A stretch of DNA of 64,000 nucleotides from an uncultured Spirochaetota bacterium (GTDB lineage: Bacteria; Spirochaetota; Spirochaetia; SZUA-6; Fen-1364): the NCBI GenBank assembly GCA_963820435.1, contig CAWGAC010000008.1, positions 6,497-70,496 of the forward strand, given 5' to 3'. The notes beneath the pieces are model-generated. The model was given only the letters and a program-made list of their open reading frames with translations. It did not search any database and was not told where the DNA came from. Positions 40,704 through 49,682 of the stretch are shown one piece after another (position 1 is the stretch's first letter; each line of letters starts with the position of its first letter). The translations under genes and the position numbers were made by a program.

Positions 40704-41504
40704 GTGAAGGTCATCGTCTGCATCAAGCAGGTGCCTGACACCACCAATGTGCGCATCAACCCCGAGACCAACACCCTCGTGCGGGAGGGCGTGCAGTCCA
40801 TCATCAACCCCTTCGACGTCTACGCCATCGAGGAGGCGCGTGCGCCTCCGGGAGAAGCACGGCGGCACCGTGACGGTGATCACCATGGGGCCGCCCCAGG
40901 CCGCGGAGGCGCTGCGGGAGTCGATCAGCCTCGGCGCGGACAATGCCTTCCTCGTGTCCGACAGGGCATTCGCCGGGCGCCGACACGCTGGCAACGGCGT
41001 ACGCGCTGGCCTGCGCGGTCCGGAAGCTCGGCGGCGCGGACATCATCCTCATGGGCAGGCAGGCCATCGACGGCGACACGGGCCAGGTGGGGCCGGGCGT
41101 CGCGGAAAACCTGGGCATCTCCCACGTCACCGACATCAGGAAGATCGAAGAGATCGTCGACGGCCGTATCGTCGTCGAGCGGCTGCTGGAGGAGGGGTAC
41201 GCACGGCTGGCGGCCCGGCTCCCGGTCGTGCTGACCGTCGTGAAGGAGATCAATATTCCGCGCCTGCCGTCGCTCAAGGGCAAGATGGCGGCGAAGAAGG
41301 CGGAGATCCCGGTGCTGAAGGCCGCCGACATCGGCGCGGACGCGGAGCGCCTCGGGCCTGAACGGCTCGCCCACCCAGGTGATGAAGATCTTCACGCCGC
41401 CCAAGCCTTCCGGAGGCAAGAAGTTCACCGGCGAACCGGCTGAAACCGTGGGCGCCCTGCTCGCGGAGCTCGCCGCGGCCGGCATCACCATCCGGAAGAA
41501 ATAA
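40704..41504 (+). CDS. etfB: Electron transfer flavoprotein beta subunit (frameshifted)
   Basis: VCIKQVPDT, INPFDVYAIE, DTLATA, GRQAIDGDTGQVG and PRLPSLKG. Confidence 0.9.
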
Positions 41505-41514
41505 GGACACGCAC

Positions 41515-42736
41515 ATGGACCCGATCCGCGTCATCGTTCAGAACTGCGTCGGCTGCAGCCTTTGCGTCAAGTCGTGCCCCTACGATGCCATCGCTTTGTC
41601 GGGCCCGGTCGGGGCGAAGCTGGACAGGCCGACCGCCGTCATCGACCTGGGCGAAGTGCACGCTTTGCGGCGCCTGCGTGGAGGCGTGCAAGCGCTACCA
41701 GGCCATCGTCATCACGCGCCGGACGTTCAAGGGACAGGACATAAAGAAGTATACCGGGCATCTGCCATCCTGGCCGAGCACCGGCGCGGAAAGCTCGGCA
41801 GCGTCGTGCCGGAGATCATCGGCGCCGCGCGCGAGCTGCAGAAGGAGCTCTCCGCGCCGGTGAGCGCCGTGCTGGTGGGAAGCGGGGTGAGGAAGTTCAC
41901 CGACGAGCTCCTCTCGCTACGGCGTGGACGAGGTGTGGATGATCGACAACCCCGGTATCGGGGATTTCGACGAGGACGTGCACGCCGAGCTTGTTGCGGA
42001 GATCCTCATGGAGAAAAAGCCCGAGATCTTCCTCGGCGGCGGCACGGTGGTGGGCCGTTCCCTTCTGCCCCGGGTGGCGGCAAAGATACTCACCGGGCTC
42101 ACGGCGGACTGCACGGAGCTCAGCATCGATCCGGCCACCATGCTCCTGCGCCAGACCCGGCCCGCGTTCGGCGGAAACATCATGGCCACGATCCTCACGC
42201 AGAACCACAGGCCCCAGATGGCCACGGTGCGTCACAAGGTGATGACGCCCGCGGAAAAGGTCGCCAGCCCCAGGGGCACGGTGATCGAGCTCAACCACAT
42301 TCCCGTGCCTCCGTCGAAGCTCGAGTTCCTGGAGTTCGTGGAGGAGAAGTCGGCAACGGTGAACCTCGTGGAGGCGGACGTGATCGTGTCGGGCGGCCGC
42401 GGCATCAAGGACCCGAAGAACTTCGAGCTCATCGAGAAGCTCGCCCTGGCCACGGGCGGCGCCGTGGGCGCCTCCCGCGCCGCGGTGGACGCGGGCTGGA
42501 TTCCCTACTCGCATCAGGTGGGCCAGACCGGGAAGACCGTGAAGCCCAAAGTGTATATCGCCTGCGGCATCAGCGGGGCAATCCAGCACCTGGCCGGCAT
42601 GAAGGGCGCCGACATGATCGTTGCCATCAACTCCGACCCCAGTGCGCCGATCTTCGACGTGGCCCATTTCGGGATCGTGGGAGACCTGTTCAAGGTCGTG
42701 CCGGAGCTGATGAAGAGGCTGGAGAACGGAACGTAG
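41515..42736 (+). CDS. etfA: Electron transfer flavoprotein alpha subunit with N-terminal 2x[4Fe-4S] domain (frameshifted)
   Basis: [12 protein letters not shown] and [12 protein letters not shown]; GLTADC, RPAFGG, VSGGRG, QVGQTG and GISGAIQH. Confidence 0.9.
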
Positions 42737-42914
42737 CAGGGGCGGGAGCTCCCAATCCCGTCAGCCGTCTACTCGACCCCGTTTCGTTGCCTTTGCGCTT
42801 CTCCCTTTCATTCACGACCTGCATAAAATTGCATTGTCAGTCTGCGAAGGTTGCTAGTATCTTTTATCGCAACGACAATCGCCTTTGATCCACATGTCCT
42901 AGAGGAGGTTCGCT

Positions 42915-43094
42915 ATGGAGGATTTGCCCGCTCAGCTCCTGCCCGTGACCCTGCATCTGGACTTTTCCATTTTCAAGATCGCCCTGCCAAATCTCATCGT
43001 CGGGATCGTGCTCATCGTCATCTTTTTCGCGGCCGCGTGGGGCCGCCTGCCGCGTTTCCTCGAGCATGGCCGCGACCCCGGGAAGGAAGATTGA
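42915..43094 (+). CDS. Small single-TM protein (59 aa), first gene of the cytochrome b module; absent from the ORF track
   Basis: AGAGGAGGT RBS, then MEDLPAQLLPVTLHLDFSIFKIALPNLIVGIVLIVIFFAAAWGRLPRFLEHGRDPGKED*; stop is 1 bp before the cytochrome b ATG. Confidence 0.75.
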   Translation: MEDLPAQLLPVTLHLDFSIFKIALPNLIVGIVLIVIFFAAAWGRLPRFLEHGRDPGKED

Positions 43095-43095
43095 G

Positions 43096-43692
43096 ATGAA
43101 CCTGACAAAAAAGCTGCAGCGCTCGATCCAGAAGAACTTGACAATGGAAGACGCACTGCCGACAAAGATGCCGGTGTACGTCAATTCGCTCGCCTATATG
43201 TTCGGCGTGACCACCCTGTCCGCGCTCGTGCTTCTTGTGGTGACGGGAATGATCCTGGCCATCTTCGGACCGGACTGGTATCACGTTTCCCGGGCCGGAC
43301 GCTTTTTCAACTCCCTTCATTTCTGGAGCGCCCAGGCATTTTTCGGCTCCATGCTCCTGCACATGGCCACCAAGTTCCTGCTCGGCGCGTGGCGTGACGG
43401 ACGCTGGAAGACGTGGATGATCGGCGTCCTCACCTTCGGCATCGCGATCTTCAGCGGCTTTACCGGATACCTGTCCGCGTCGAACTGGTCTTCCCAGTGG
43501 CACGCCGTGCAGGCCAAGGACGCCATGAACGCAATGGGCATCGGCGCGTTCTTCGTCACGACCAACTTCAGCCAGACCCTCACTCTCCACGTGGCCTTTC
43601 TCCCATTCCTGGTCATCATCCTGGTGGTCATCCACCTCGCCTTCATCAGGCACGAGAGCCCTGTGAAGCCCTATCCGTCGAAGGGGAAATGA
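43096..43692 (+). CDS. Cytochrome b6-type (4-TM, N-terminal) cytochrome b subunit
   Basis: Four heme-ligand His: LHFW..LLHM (14 apart) and LHVA..VIHL (15 apart, b6-type spacing). Also TG in helix A, W..G and FTGYL. Confidence 0.85.
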   Translation: MNLTKKLQRSIQKNLTMEDALPTKMPVYVNSLAYMFGVTTLSALVLLVVTGMILAIFGPDWYHVSRAGRFFNSLHFWSAQAFFGSMLLHMATKFLLGAWRDGRWKTWMIGVLTFGIAIFSGFTGYLSASNWSSQWHAVQAKDAMNAMGIGAFFVTTNFSQTLTLHVAFLPFLVIILVVIHLAFIRHESPVKPYPSKGK

Positions 43693-43694
43693 GA

Positions 43695-44657
43695 ATGAGC
43701 AAAACATCAGACGAGAATTTGCGCGGGGTTCCCACGAAGCCCTACGATCTGATCCGGGAAGGCTTGATCGTGGTAGGTTTCCTGGCGGTCGTCGTGGTCG
43801 TGCTGGCCATACTCTTCCGCCCGCCGGACTATCCCCCGGTCCGGGGTGAGGATGTCGCCACACGCCAGCCCATCGCCTACCTGGCGACCTGCGTCGACAT
43901 CCTGGCGGGAAACAGCGGCCTGCAGGACTACGGCCCCCCGTACAATGCGGACACGACCAACTCGATGAAGGTGCTGGGCATTGCTCCCATTTCCTGGTTC
44001 GGCGTGAGGCAGGAGCTGGATCCTTCCAAGGATTTCGTCCTGGCGCCGCTGGCGCGTGTCGCAGTGATGAACAAGGAGGTGGCGGGCGCGCTGAAGACCT
44101 GGAACGCCGCCTCGGATGACTCCAAGGCTGCCTGGACAAAGGCGTACGCCGATGCGCTTGACAAGGCGACCGTCAAGGACGGCGCGGTCCAGATGGCTGC
44201 CGGCCAGTATGGCCCGGTGCCCGTCATGATGAACGGAATGCTCGACCTGGGGAAGGCGGGTCTGCTCGAAGGCGCTCTGATGAGCAACGAGCGCCAGCCC
44301 TACACCCTCGATAACAGCCGGGCGCTCCTTTTCTTCCAGGAAGACGTGGACGCGAGCGTGGCGGATACCCAGGACATGAAGGGCGAACAGTGGGGCATCA
44401 CACACGAAGTAGGCAACCGCCCGGGCCCCTGGTGGCTCTGGCCCTATGCCATCTGGTACCAGATCCCCGTGTTCGCCAAGAATCCGAACGCCGATCTGAT
44501 CGTGGGCCTCATGATGCTTGCTCTCTTCCTCATCCTTTTCTTCATGCCCTTCATTCCCATACTCAACAGGCTCCCGCGCTGGATCGGCTTCTACAGGATC
44601 GTGTGGCGCGACTGGTACGCGCGGCAGGAAGGATCGGGCGGGAAAAGCAAGAAGTGA
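43695..44657 (+). CDS. Cytochrome b6f subunit IV-like membrane protein with a large periplasmic insertion
   Basis: N-terminal PYDL...TM...PPD, about 200-aa soluble region without CxxCH, then PGPWWLWPY in the PEWY-equivalent position and C-terminal TM helices. Confidence 0.55.
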   Translation: MSKTSDENLRGVPTKPYDLIREGLIVVGFLAVVVVVLAILFRPPDYPPVRGEDVATRQPIAYLATCVDILAGNSGLQDYGPPYNADTTNSMKVLGIAPISWFGVRQELDPSKDFVLAPLARVAVMNKEVAGALKTWNAASDDSKAAWTKAYADALDKATVKDGAVQMAAGQYGPVPVMMNGMLDLGKAGLLEGALMSNERQPYTLDNSRALLFFQEDVDASVADTQDMKGEQWGITHEVGNRPGPWWLWPYAIWYQIPVFAKNPNADLIVGLMMLALFLILFFMPFIPILNRLPRWIGFYRIVWRDWYARQEGSGGKSKK

Positions 44658-44686
44658 CGCGTCGCTGATACATCGAGCGCTCGTGG

Positions 44687-44729
44687 AGAGCCCGCATTCG
44701 CGCATACGCGCGGAAGCGGGCTCTTTTTT
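44687..44729 (+). terminator. Rho-independent terminator
   Basis: AGAGCCCGC...GCGGGCTCT stem followed by a T-run. Confidence 0.75.
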
Positions 44730-44796
44730 GGTGGTGCGCATTCTTGCGCGCGTGGTGTTGAATGGCCAGTATTGACAAGATGAATGCAATAAACGC

Positions 44797-44817
44797 TCAT
44801 TGACTTCGTTTCAATGA
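44797..44817. promoter_or_regulatory. Candidate operator upstream of the ABC operon
   Basis: Perfect inverted repeat TCATTGA-N7-TCAATGA, just downstream of a TTGACA at 44772. Confidence 0.5.
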
Positions 44818-44887
44818 AGGGAGCCCCGACGGCAGAGAAATGCAGGCGGCTCCGCGGTATCTCTCCAATCGAGAAGGAGTGCGCGTC

Positions 44888-45568
44888 ATGAACGTTATCG
44901 AGCTGAAGGCTGTGAAGAAGGACTACCCCCTGGGGGCCACAACCGTCCATGCCCTGCGCGGCGTTGACCTGGCCATCCGGGAGGGGGATTTTATTTCCAT
45001 TGTCGGCCCGTCAGGGAGCGGCAAGACGACGCTCCTCAACATCATCGGATGCATCGACTCCGCCACCGAAGGAGTAGTGAAGATCCATGAGAAGGACATC
45101 ACGACGCACTCGGATCGCGAGCTCACCGACCTGCGCCTGCACACGATCGGGTTCATCTTCCAGACGTTCAATCTCATCCCGGTGCTCACCACCCGTGAAA
45201 ACGTGGAGTTTCCCCTTCTCCTCATGAAAAAGGAAAGCATCAGGAAAAGAGAGATCCGCGAGCGCGCGGAAAAGCTCATCGAAGAGGTAGGGCTCAAGGA
45301 CCAGATCAACCACAAGCCGTACGAGCTCTCCGGCGGCCAGCGCCAGCGCGTGGCCATTGCCCGCGCGCTGGTCACCCGTCCGGCCATCGTGCTTGCGGAT
45401 GAGCCGACGGCCAACCTCGACTCGGAAACAGGAGACATGATCCTGAAGCTCATGAAGGAGCTGAACATCCTGGAAAAGACCACCTTCATCTTCTCGACGC
45501 ATGACCCCGACATATTGAAATACGCAAATGGCGTCGTGAAGATCAAAGACGGGCTCATGGCAAACTAG
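44888..45568 (+). CDS. ABC transporter ATP-binding protein (LolD/MacB family)
   Basis: GPSGSGKT, LSGGQRQRVAIARAL and LADEPTANLD. Confidence 0.93.
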   Translation: MNVIELKAVKKDYPLGATTVHALRGVDLAIREGDFISIVGPSGSGKTTLLNIIGCIDSATEGVVKIHEKDITTHSDRELTDLRLHTIGFIFQTFNLIPVLTTRENVEFPLLLMKKESIRKREIRERAEKLIEEVGLKDQINHKPYELSGGQRQRVAIARALVTRPAIVLADEPTANLDSETGDMILKLMKELNILEKTTFIFSTHDPDILKYANGVVKIKDGLMAN

Positions 45569-45577
45569 GGACGGATC

Positions 45578-47092
45578 ATGTTTATCCTGAAGATCGCCTG
45601 GAGGAGCCTCCTCCGGCACAAGGCCAAGAGCATCATCATCGGCACCATTCTTTTCCTCGGCGCGCTCATCATGACGCTCGGCAATGCCACCGCCATCGGC
45701 ATGCAGCGCGGCGTCGAAAAAAACATGGTCGAAAGCTTTACCGGGCACATCATCCTCGTCTCCGACGAGGAGACGAAGGACAATGTCCTTTTCACGCCGC
45801 TGGCAAAGCCGCTGAAGATCCTGAAGGACTACGAGAAGATCCGTTCCGTGCTGGACAAGCAGGACTTCATCAAGGGCTACCTCCCCATGACCAGGGGTGG
45901 TGTCGCGATCCTGGGCGGCCAGGAGATGGATTTCATGCTCACCTTCGGGTGCAATTTCGACGAGTTCCAAAGGGTGTTTGGGAGCCCCGTCACGGCCGTC
46001 GAGGGAAAGGTGCTGCACAATGGTGACCACGGGCTCCTGATAAACGTGAACGGCAGAAAGACCCGCTACAAGAACGCGGGCTACTGGCTCGTTCCCGAGG
46101 GGGGCGGGCTGAACAGGGACAACCTCACGGACGAAGCAAAGAAAGAGGAGGACCGGCTCGAAGTCAAAAGCTCCCTGGCGCTCGAAGGGTTCGGTGAGCC
46201 GAACTCGACGAACAAAGACATCCCGGTAAAAGGGGTCGTGCGATTCAGATCGCTCAACTCCCTCATGCAGGAAGCCACCTTCATGGACATCGAAACTTTC
46301 CGGGAGATCTTCGGATACTATACCGCGCGGGATATCGTCCAGAAGCTTCCTCCGAAAGAGGAAGCGCTGATGGGCGCCAGCGAGGACGCGCTCTTCGGGG
46401 GCGGTGACATCTACTCGGCCGGGACCAGCGGTACGTCGGTTGCCGAGCTGGAAAACAGGATCAAAACTGAGCCGAAAGTCACACGGGTGATCGACTTTGA
46501 CACGGCGGCGTACAACTATGTCACCATCCTCCTGAAGCCGGGCCAGGACTTGAACGCCTCTGTGGAAAAAATGAAGAGGATCGCCCGGGAGGACAACCTG
46601 CCGGTAAAGGTCCTGAGCTGGAAAAAGGCCACGGGCCAGGCCGCGCAGATCTCCGACATACTCCAGATGATCATCACGGTGTTCGTGATCCTCCTGTTCT
46701 TCGTCGCCATCATCATCATCATGAACACGCTGAGCATGAACGCGCTCGAACGGACCGAGGAGTTCGGCATGATGCGCGCCGTGGGTGCGCGCAAGAGCTT
46801 CATCACCAAGATGTTCCTCGCAGAGACATTCTCTCTCTCGTGCATCTTCGGCGGCATCGGCATCTTCGCGGGCGTCATCGTCACCTGGATCATCCGGCCT
46901 CTCCGCATCGGCTCGGGGGGAAACGAAATCTTCGAGCTGCTTTTTGGCGGCGAAGTCTTCCAGCCGACCCTGGGTTTTGCCGGGCTGGTGACCGGCATCA
47001 TCGGGCTCGCCATCGTCACGGTGCTGGCGGTCGTCTACCCCGTTGTCGTGGCGCGAAAGATCACGCCGCTGGACGCGATCAACCGCCACTAA
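45578..47092 (+). CDS. ABC permease (FtsX/MacB family)
   Basis: IAWRSLLRHK N-terminus, large periplasmic domain, ERTEEFGMMRAVG and C-terminal TMs. Confidence 0.88.
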   Translation: MFILKIAWRSLLRHKAKSIIIGTILFLGALIMTLGNATAIGMQRGVEKNMVESFTGHIILVSDEETKDNVLFTPLAKPLKILKDYEKIRSVLDKQDFIKGYLPMTRGGVAILGGQEMDFMLTFGCNFDEFQRVFGSPVTAVEGKVLHNGDHGLLINVNGRKTRYKNAGYWLVPEGGGLNRDNLTDEAKKEEDRLEVKSSLALEGFGEPNSTNKDIPVKGVVRFRSLNSLMQEATFMDIETFREIFGYYTARDIVQKLPPKEEALMGASEDALFGGGDIYSAGTSGTSVAELENRIKTEPKVTRVIDFDTAAYNYVTILLKPGQDLNASVEKMKRIAREDNLPVKVLSWKKATGQAAQISDILQMIITVFVILLFFVAIIIIMNTLSMNALERTEEFGMMRAVGARKSFITKMFLAETFSLSCIFGGIGIFAGVIVTWIIRPLRIGSGGNEIFELLFGGEVFQPTLGFAGLVTGIIGLAIVTVLAVVYPVVVARKITPLDAINRH

Positions 47093-47106
47093 TCGAGGAA
47101 ACTGAA

Positions 47107-48888
47107 ATGAAACGCATTGGACGATTTTTCATGACCCGGATACGCAGCGCGCGCGTTGTATCCAAGATCGCTTTCCGCAACCTCATCCGGCAGTTCCGGC
47201 GGAACGTGCTGCTTTCCGCGGGCATTGCCATCGGCATGTGCATCCTGGTCGTGACATCCTCGTTCACGAACGGCCTCACCGACATTCTCTTCAACAAGAT
47301 GCTCGTGTACATGAGCGGACACATCAAGGTGGTCATGGACGAGTACACCACGCGGCGCAGCGACGTGATCAGGGACACCGACCGGTTCATCAAGGCCATC
47401 AAGGCGAACGTGGACGGGATCAAGGAGATCGATCAGGCCGTAAGCGCCTTCGGCCGGGCGGTCGGCAATGGGAAAACCGGACTCGTCGCCCTGGTGGGCG
47501 TTGCCCGAGACTCGAATTTCTATCAGGACACGGACCTCGAGTCCGGCAATGTGCGCGACATATACAAACCGGACATCTTTCCCGGCATCCTTCTGTACAA
47601 GAACGCGGCCAGGGAGCTGAACGTCGGGTTGAACGACATCGTTACCGTGCGGTTCCAGACCGTCTACGGACAGTCGCAGGCGCCCAAGTACAAGGTGGTC
47701 GGGCTTATCCCCTCGTCGAATATGTACATGGACGTGGCTGCATTCGTGGACAGGGAAACGCTCCGCCAGCAGCTGAACATGAAGCCCAATGAATCACTCG
47801 GGCTTCAGGTCGTGACGGCGTATCCTCAGGACGCGCAGAAGGTGATTGAGCAGGCAAACAAGCTGCAGAAAGCGCTCGCCCCGGGCGCTGCCGGGGTCAA
47901 GGCGGTTCTCCGCGCGCAAGGCCGGCAGGCTAACGCCGACGTTTTTGCCCTGCGGCTGGAGACCGGCCCGGACGCCCTGGCACTTGTCCGGAACAATCTC
48001 CAGTTCGTCAAGGGAGACATCAGGGGCCTCTTGAAGGACAAGACCGGGATCATCCTGACCCAGCCCCTGGCCCAGTCTCTCGGAGCCGATGTCGGCACCC
48101 GGATCGATTACCGCTATGTCCCTCTCAATGCCCCCGATCCGGTCGAGACGCAGTTTGTCGTGACGGGGATAGTGAAAACCGTTTCACCGTTTGCCGAGGC
48201 CACCGCCTTCGCCCACGAGGACTCCTTCTACAAGACCTACTTCTGGAATATCCCCCGGGACCCCGCGCGGGTGGCTGAGGATGCGCCGCTCTTCAAGGCC
48301 CTGCTTCCCGAATGGGAGATGCTGGCGCGAAGCAAGAACACGGACGAGGCGACAAAGAAGATACGGCTCCTCAACAGGGAGGCGTGGAAGGGCGCGCGGG
48401 TGGATGTCCAGACCATGTTCGAGAATGCCAGCGCCGTGGTCGATCTGCAGAAAGGCCTGAACACAATCTCGATCGTCGCCGTCCTGATCCTCTTCTTCGT
48501 GATCCTCATCGGGGTCGTGAACACCATGCGCATGAGCATCCGCGAACGCACCCGGGAGATTGGAACCAACCGGGCAATCGGGATGCAGAGGTCCGACGTC
48601 CGTTCGGTCTTTGTCATGGAAATCGTTTTTCTCGCCGTGTTCGCGTGCATCGCGGGCATCGGGCTGTCATACGGGCTCATGGCCCTGCTCGGCGTGCCCA
48701 CGTTCGACCTCAAGGACAATCCGTTCAGCATGTTCTTCGTGAACAAGCATATCTACTTCGTTCCGACTGTCGGGGCGATCATCGGCAACTTCTTCATCAT
48801 CGTGATCGTGTCCTTCCTCATTGCGTTTTTCACCGCGCGCCGCGCCGCAAAGCTTCGGGTTGCGGATGCGCTGCGGCACTTTGAATAG
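47107..48888 (+). CDS. ABC permease (FtsX/MacB family) with extra-long periplasmic region
   Basis: IAFRNLIRQ and ERTREIGTNRAIG; about 400-aa periplasmic segment. Confidence 0.88.
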   Translation: MKRIGRFFMTRIRSARVVSKIAFRNLIRQFRRNVLLSAGIAIGMCILVVTSSFTNGLTDILFNKMLVYMSGHIKVVMDEYTTRRSDVIRDTDRFIKAIKANVDGIKEIDQAVSAFGRAVGNGKTGLVALVGVARDSNFYQDTDLESGNVRDIYKPDIFPGILLYKNAARELNVGLNDIVTVRFQTVYGQSQAPKYKVVGLIPSSNMYMDVAAFVDRETLRQQLNMKPNESLGLQVVTAYPQDAQKVIEQANKLQKALAPGAAGVKAVLRAQGRQANADVFALRLETGPDALALVRNNLQFVKGDIRGLLKDKTGIILTQPLAQSLGADVGTRIDYRYVPLNAPDPVETQFVVTGIVKTVSPFAEATAFAHEDSFYKTYFWNIPRDPARVAEDAPLFKALLPEWEMLARSKNTDEATKKIRLLNREAWKGARVDVQTMFENASAVVDLQKGLNTISIVAVLILFFVILIGVVNTMRMSIRERTREIGTNRAIGMQRSDVRSVFVMEIVFLAVFACIAGIGLSYGLMALLGVPTFDLKDNPFSMFFVNKHIYFVPTVGAIIGNFFIIVIVSFLIAFFTARRAAKLRVADALRHFE

Positions 48889-48898
48889 GAGACTGAAT

Positions 48899-49672
48899 AT
48901 GAGACAGAGATTCTTGGGGATCGCCGTGGGACTTCTTGTGCTGGCCCCGGCGCTCTGGGCGACCCCCTCGGTCCAGGAGATCATCGACTACATCGACATC
49001 AATTACGAAATCCGCAGCGACTTCACCGCGCAGGCCAAGATCACCACCCGGGACCCTGAGCAGGGGACCAAGGTCATCGAGAGCGTTCTGTACCGGCGGG
49101 ACCGCGACGATGCGTTTCTCATCGTCATGGCTGATCCCGAAACCGACCGCGGCAATGGGTACCTTCGCGTGGCGGACAACATGTGGATGTATCGCCGGAC
49201 CACCCGCACCTTCACGCACATAGGCCGTGACGAGAAGATCGGAGGCTCCAACGCGAGCGCGGGAGATTTCGAGACGCGGAAGTTCAAGGAGCTGTACAAG
49301 CCCTCGCTTGACGCAAACGGCAACGAGATCATCGCCATACAGGCCCTGGGGGGCGGAAAGATCCCCGTGTACAGGGTCGAGGTGACGGCCAAGGTCAATG
49401 ACGTCAAGTACCCCCGGCTGGTGATGTGGCTGACGCAGGACAAGTACCTCGAGCTCAAGCGCGAGTGCTATGCCCTCTCCGGCACGCTCATGGAAACGGA
49501 CCTCTACACCAACTACAAGGAGATCGACGGCCGCTACGTGCCGCTTCTGCAGAAATTCACGGATGAGGTGGAAAAGGGGAGGACCTCGCTGCTGGAAATC
49601 AACGGCGTTACCTTCAGCAAGGTGGACGATTACAAGTTCGACAAGTCGTATCTCGAGAGCTTGAGCAAGTAA
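48899..49672 (+). CDS. Outer-membrane lipoprotein-sorting (LolA-like) protein
   Basis: Signal peptide; DRGNGYLR..NMWMY, GSNASAGD and P..F..SYLE pattern. Confidence 0.8.
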   Translation: MRQRFLGIAVGLLVLAPALWATPSVQEIIDYIDINYEIRSDFTAQAKITTRDPEQGTKVIESVLYRRDRDDAFLIVMADPETDRGNGYLRVADNMWMYRRTTRTFTHIGRDEKIGGSNASAGDFETRKFKELYKPSLDANGNEIIAIQALGGGKIPVYRVEVTAKVNDVKYPRLVMWLTQDKYLELKRECYALSGTLMETDLYTNYKEIDGRYVPLLQKFTDEVEKGRTSLLEINGVTFSKVDDYKFDKSYLESLSK

Positions 49673-49682
49673 GGGGATTGGA

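Noticed and set aside
39527-42736. Calling acd, etfB, etfA and other frameshifted genes pseudogenes or programmed frameshifts
   Set aside because: Motifs are intact, no in-frame stops or slippery-site pattern were seen, and the breaks cluster regionally; sequencing error is more likely.
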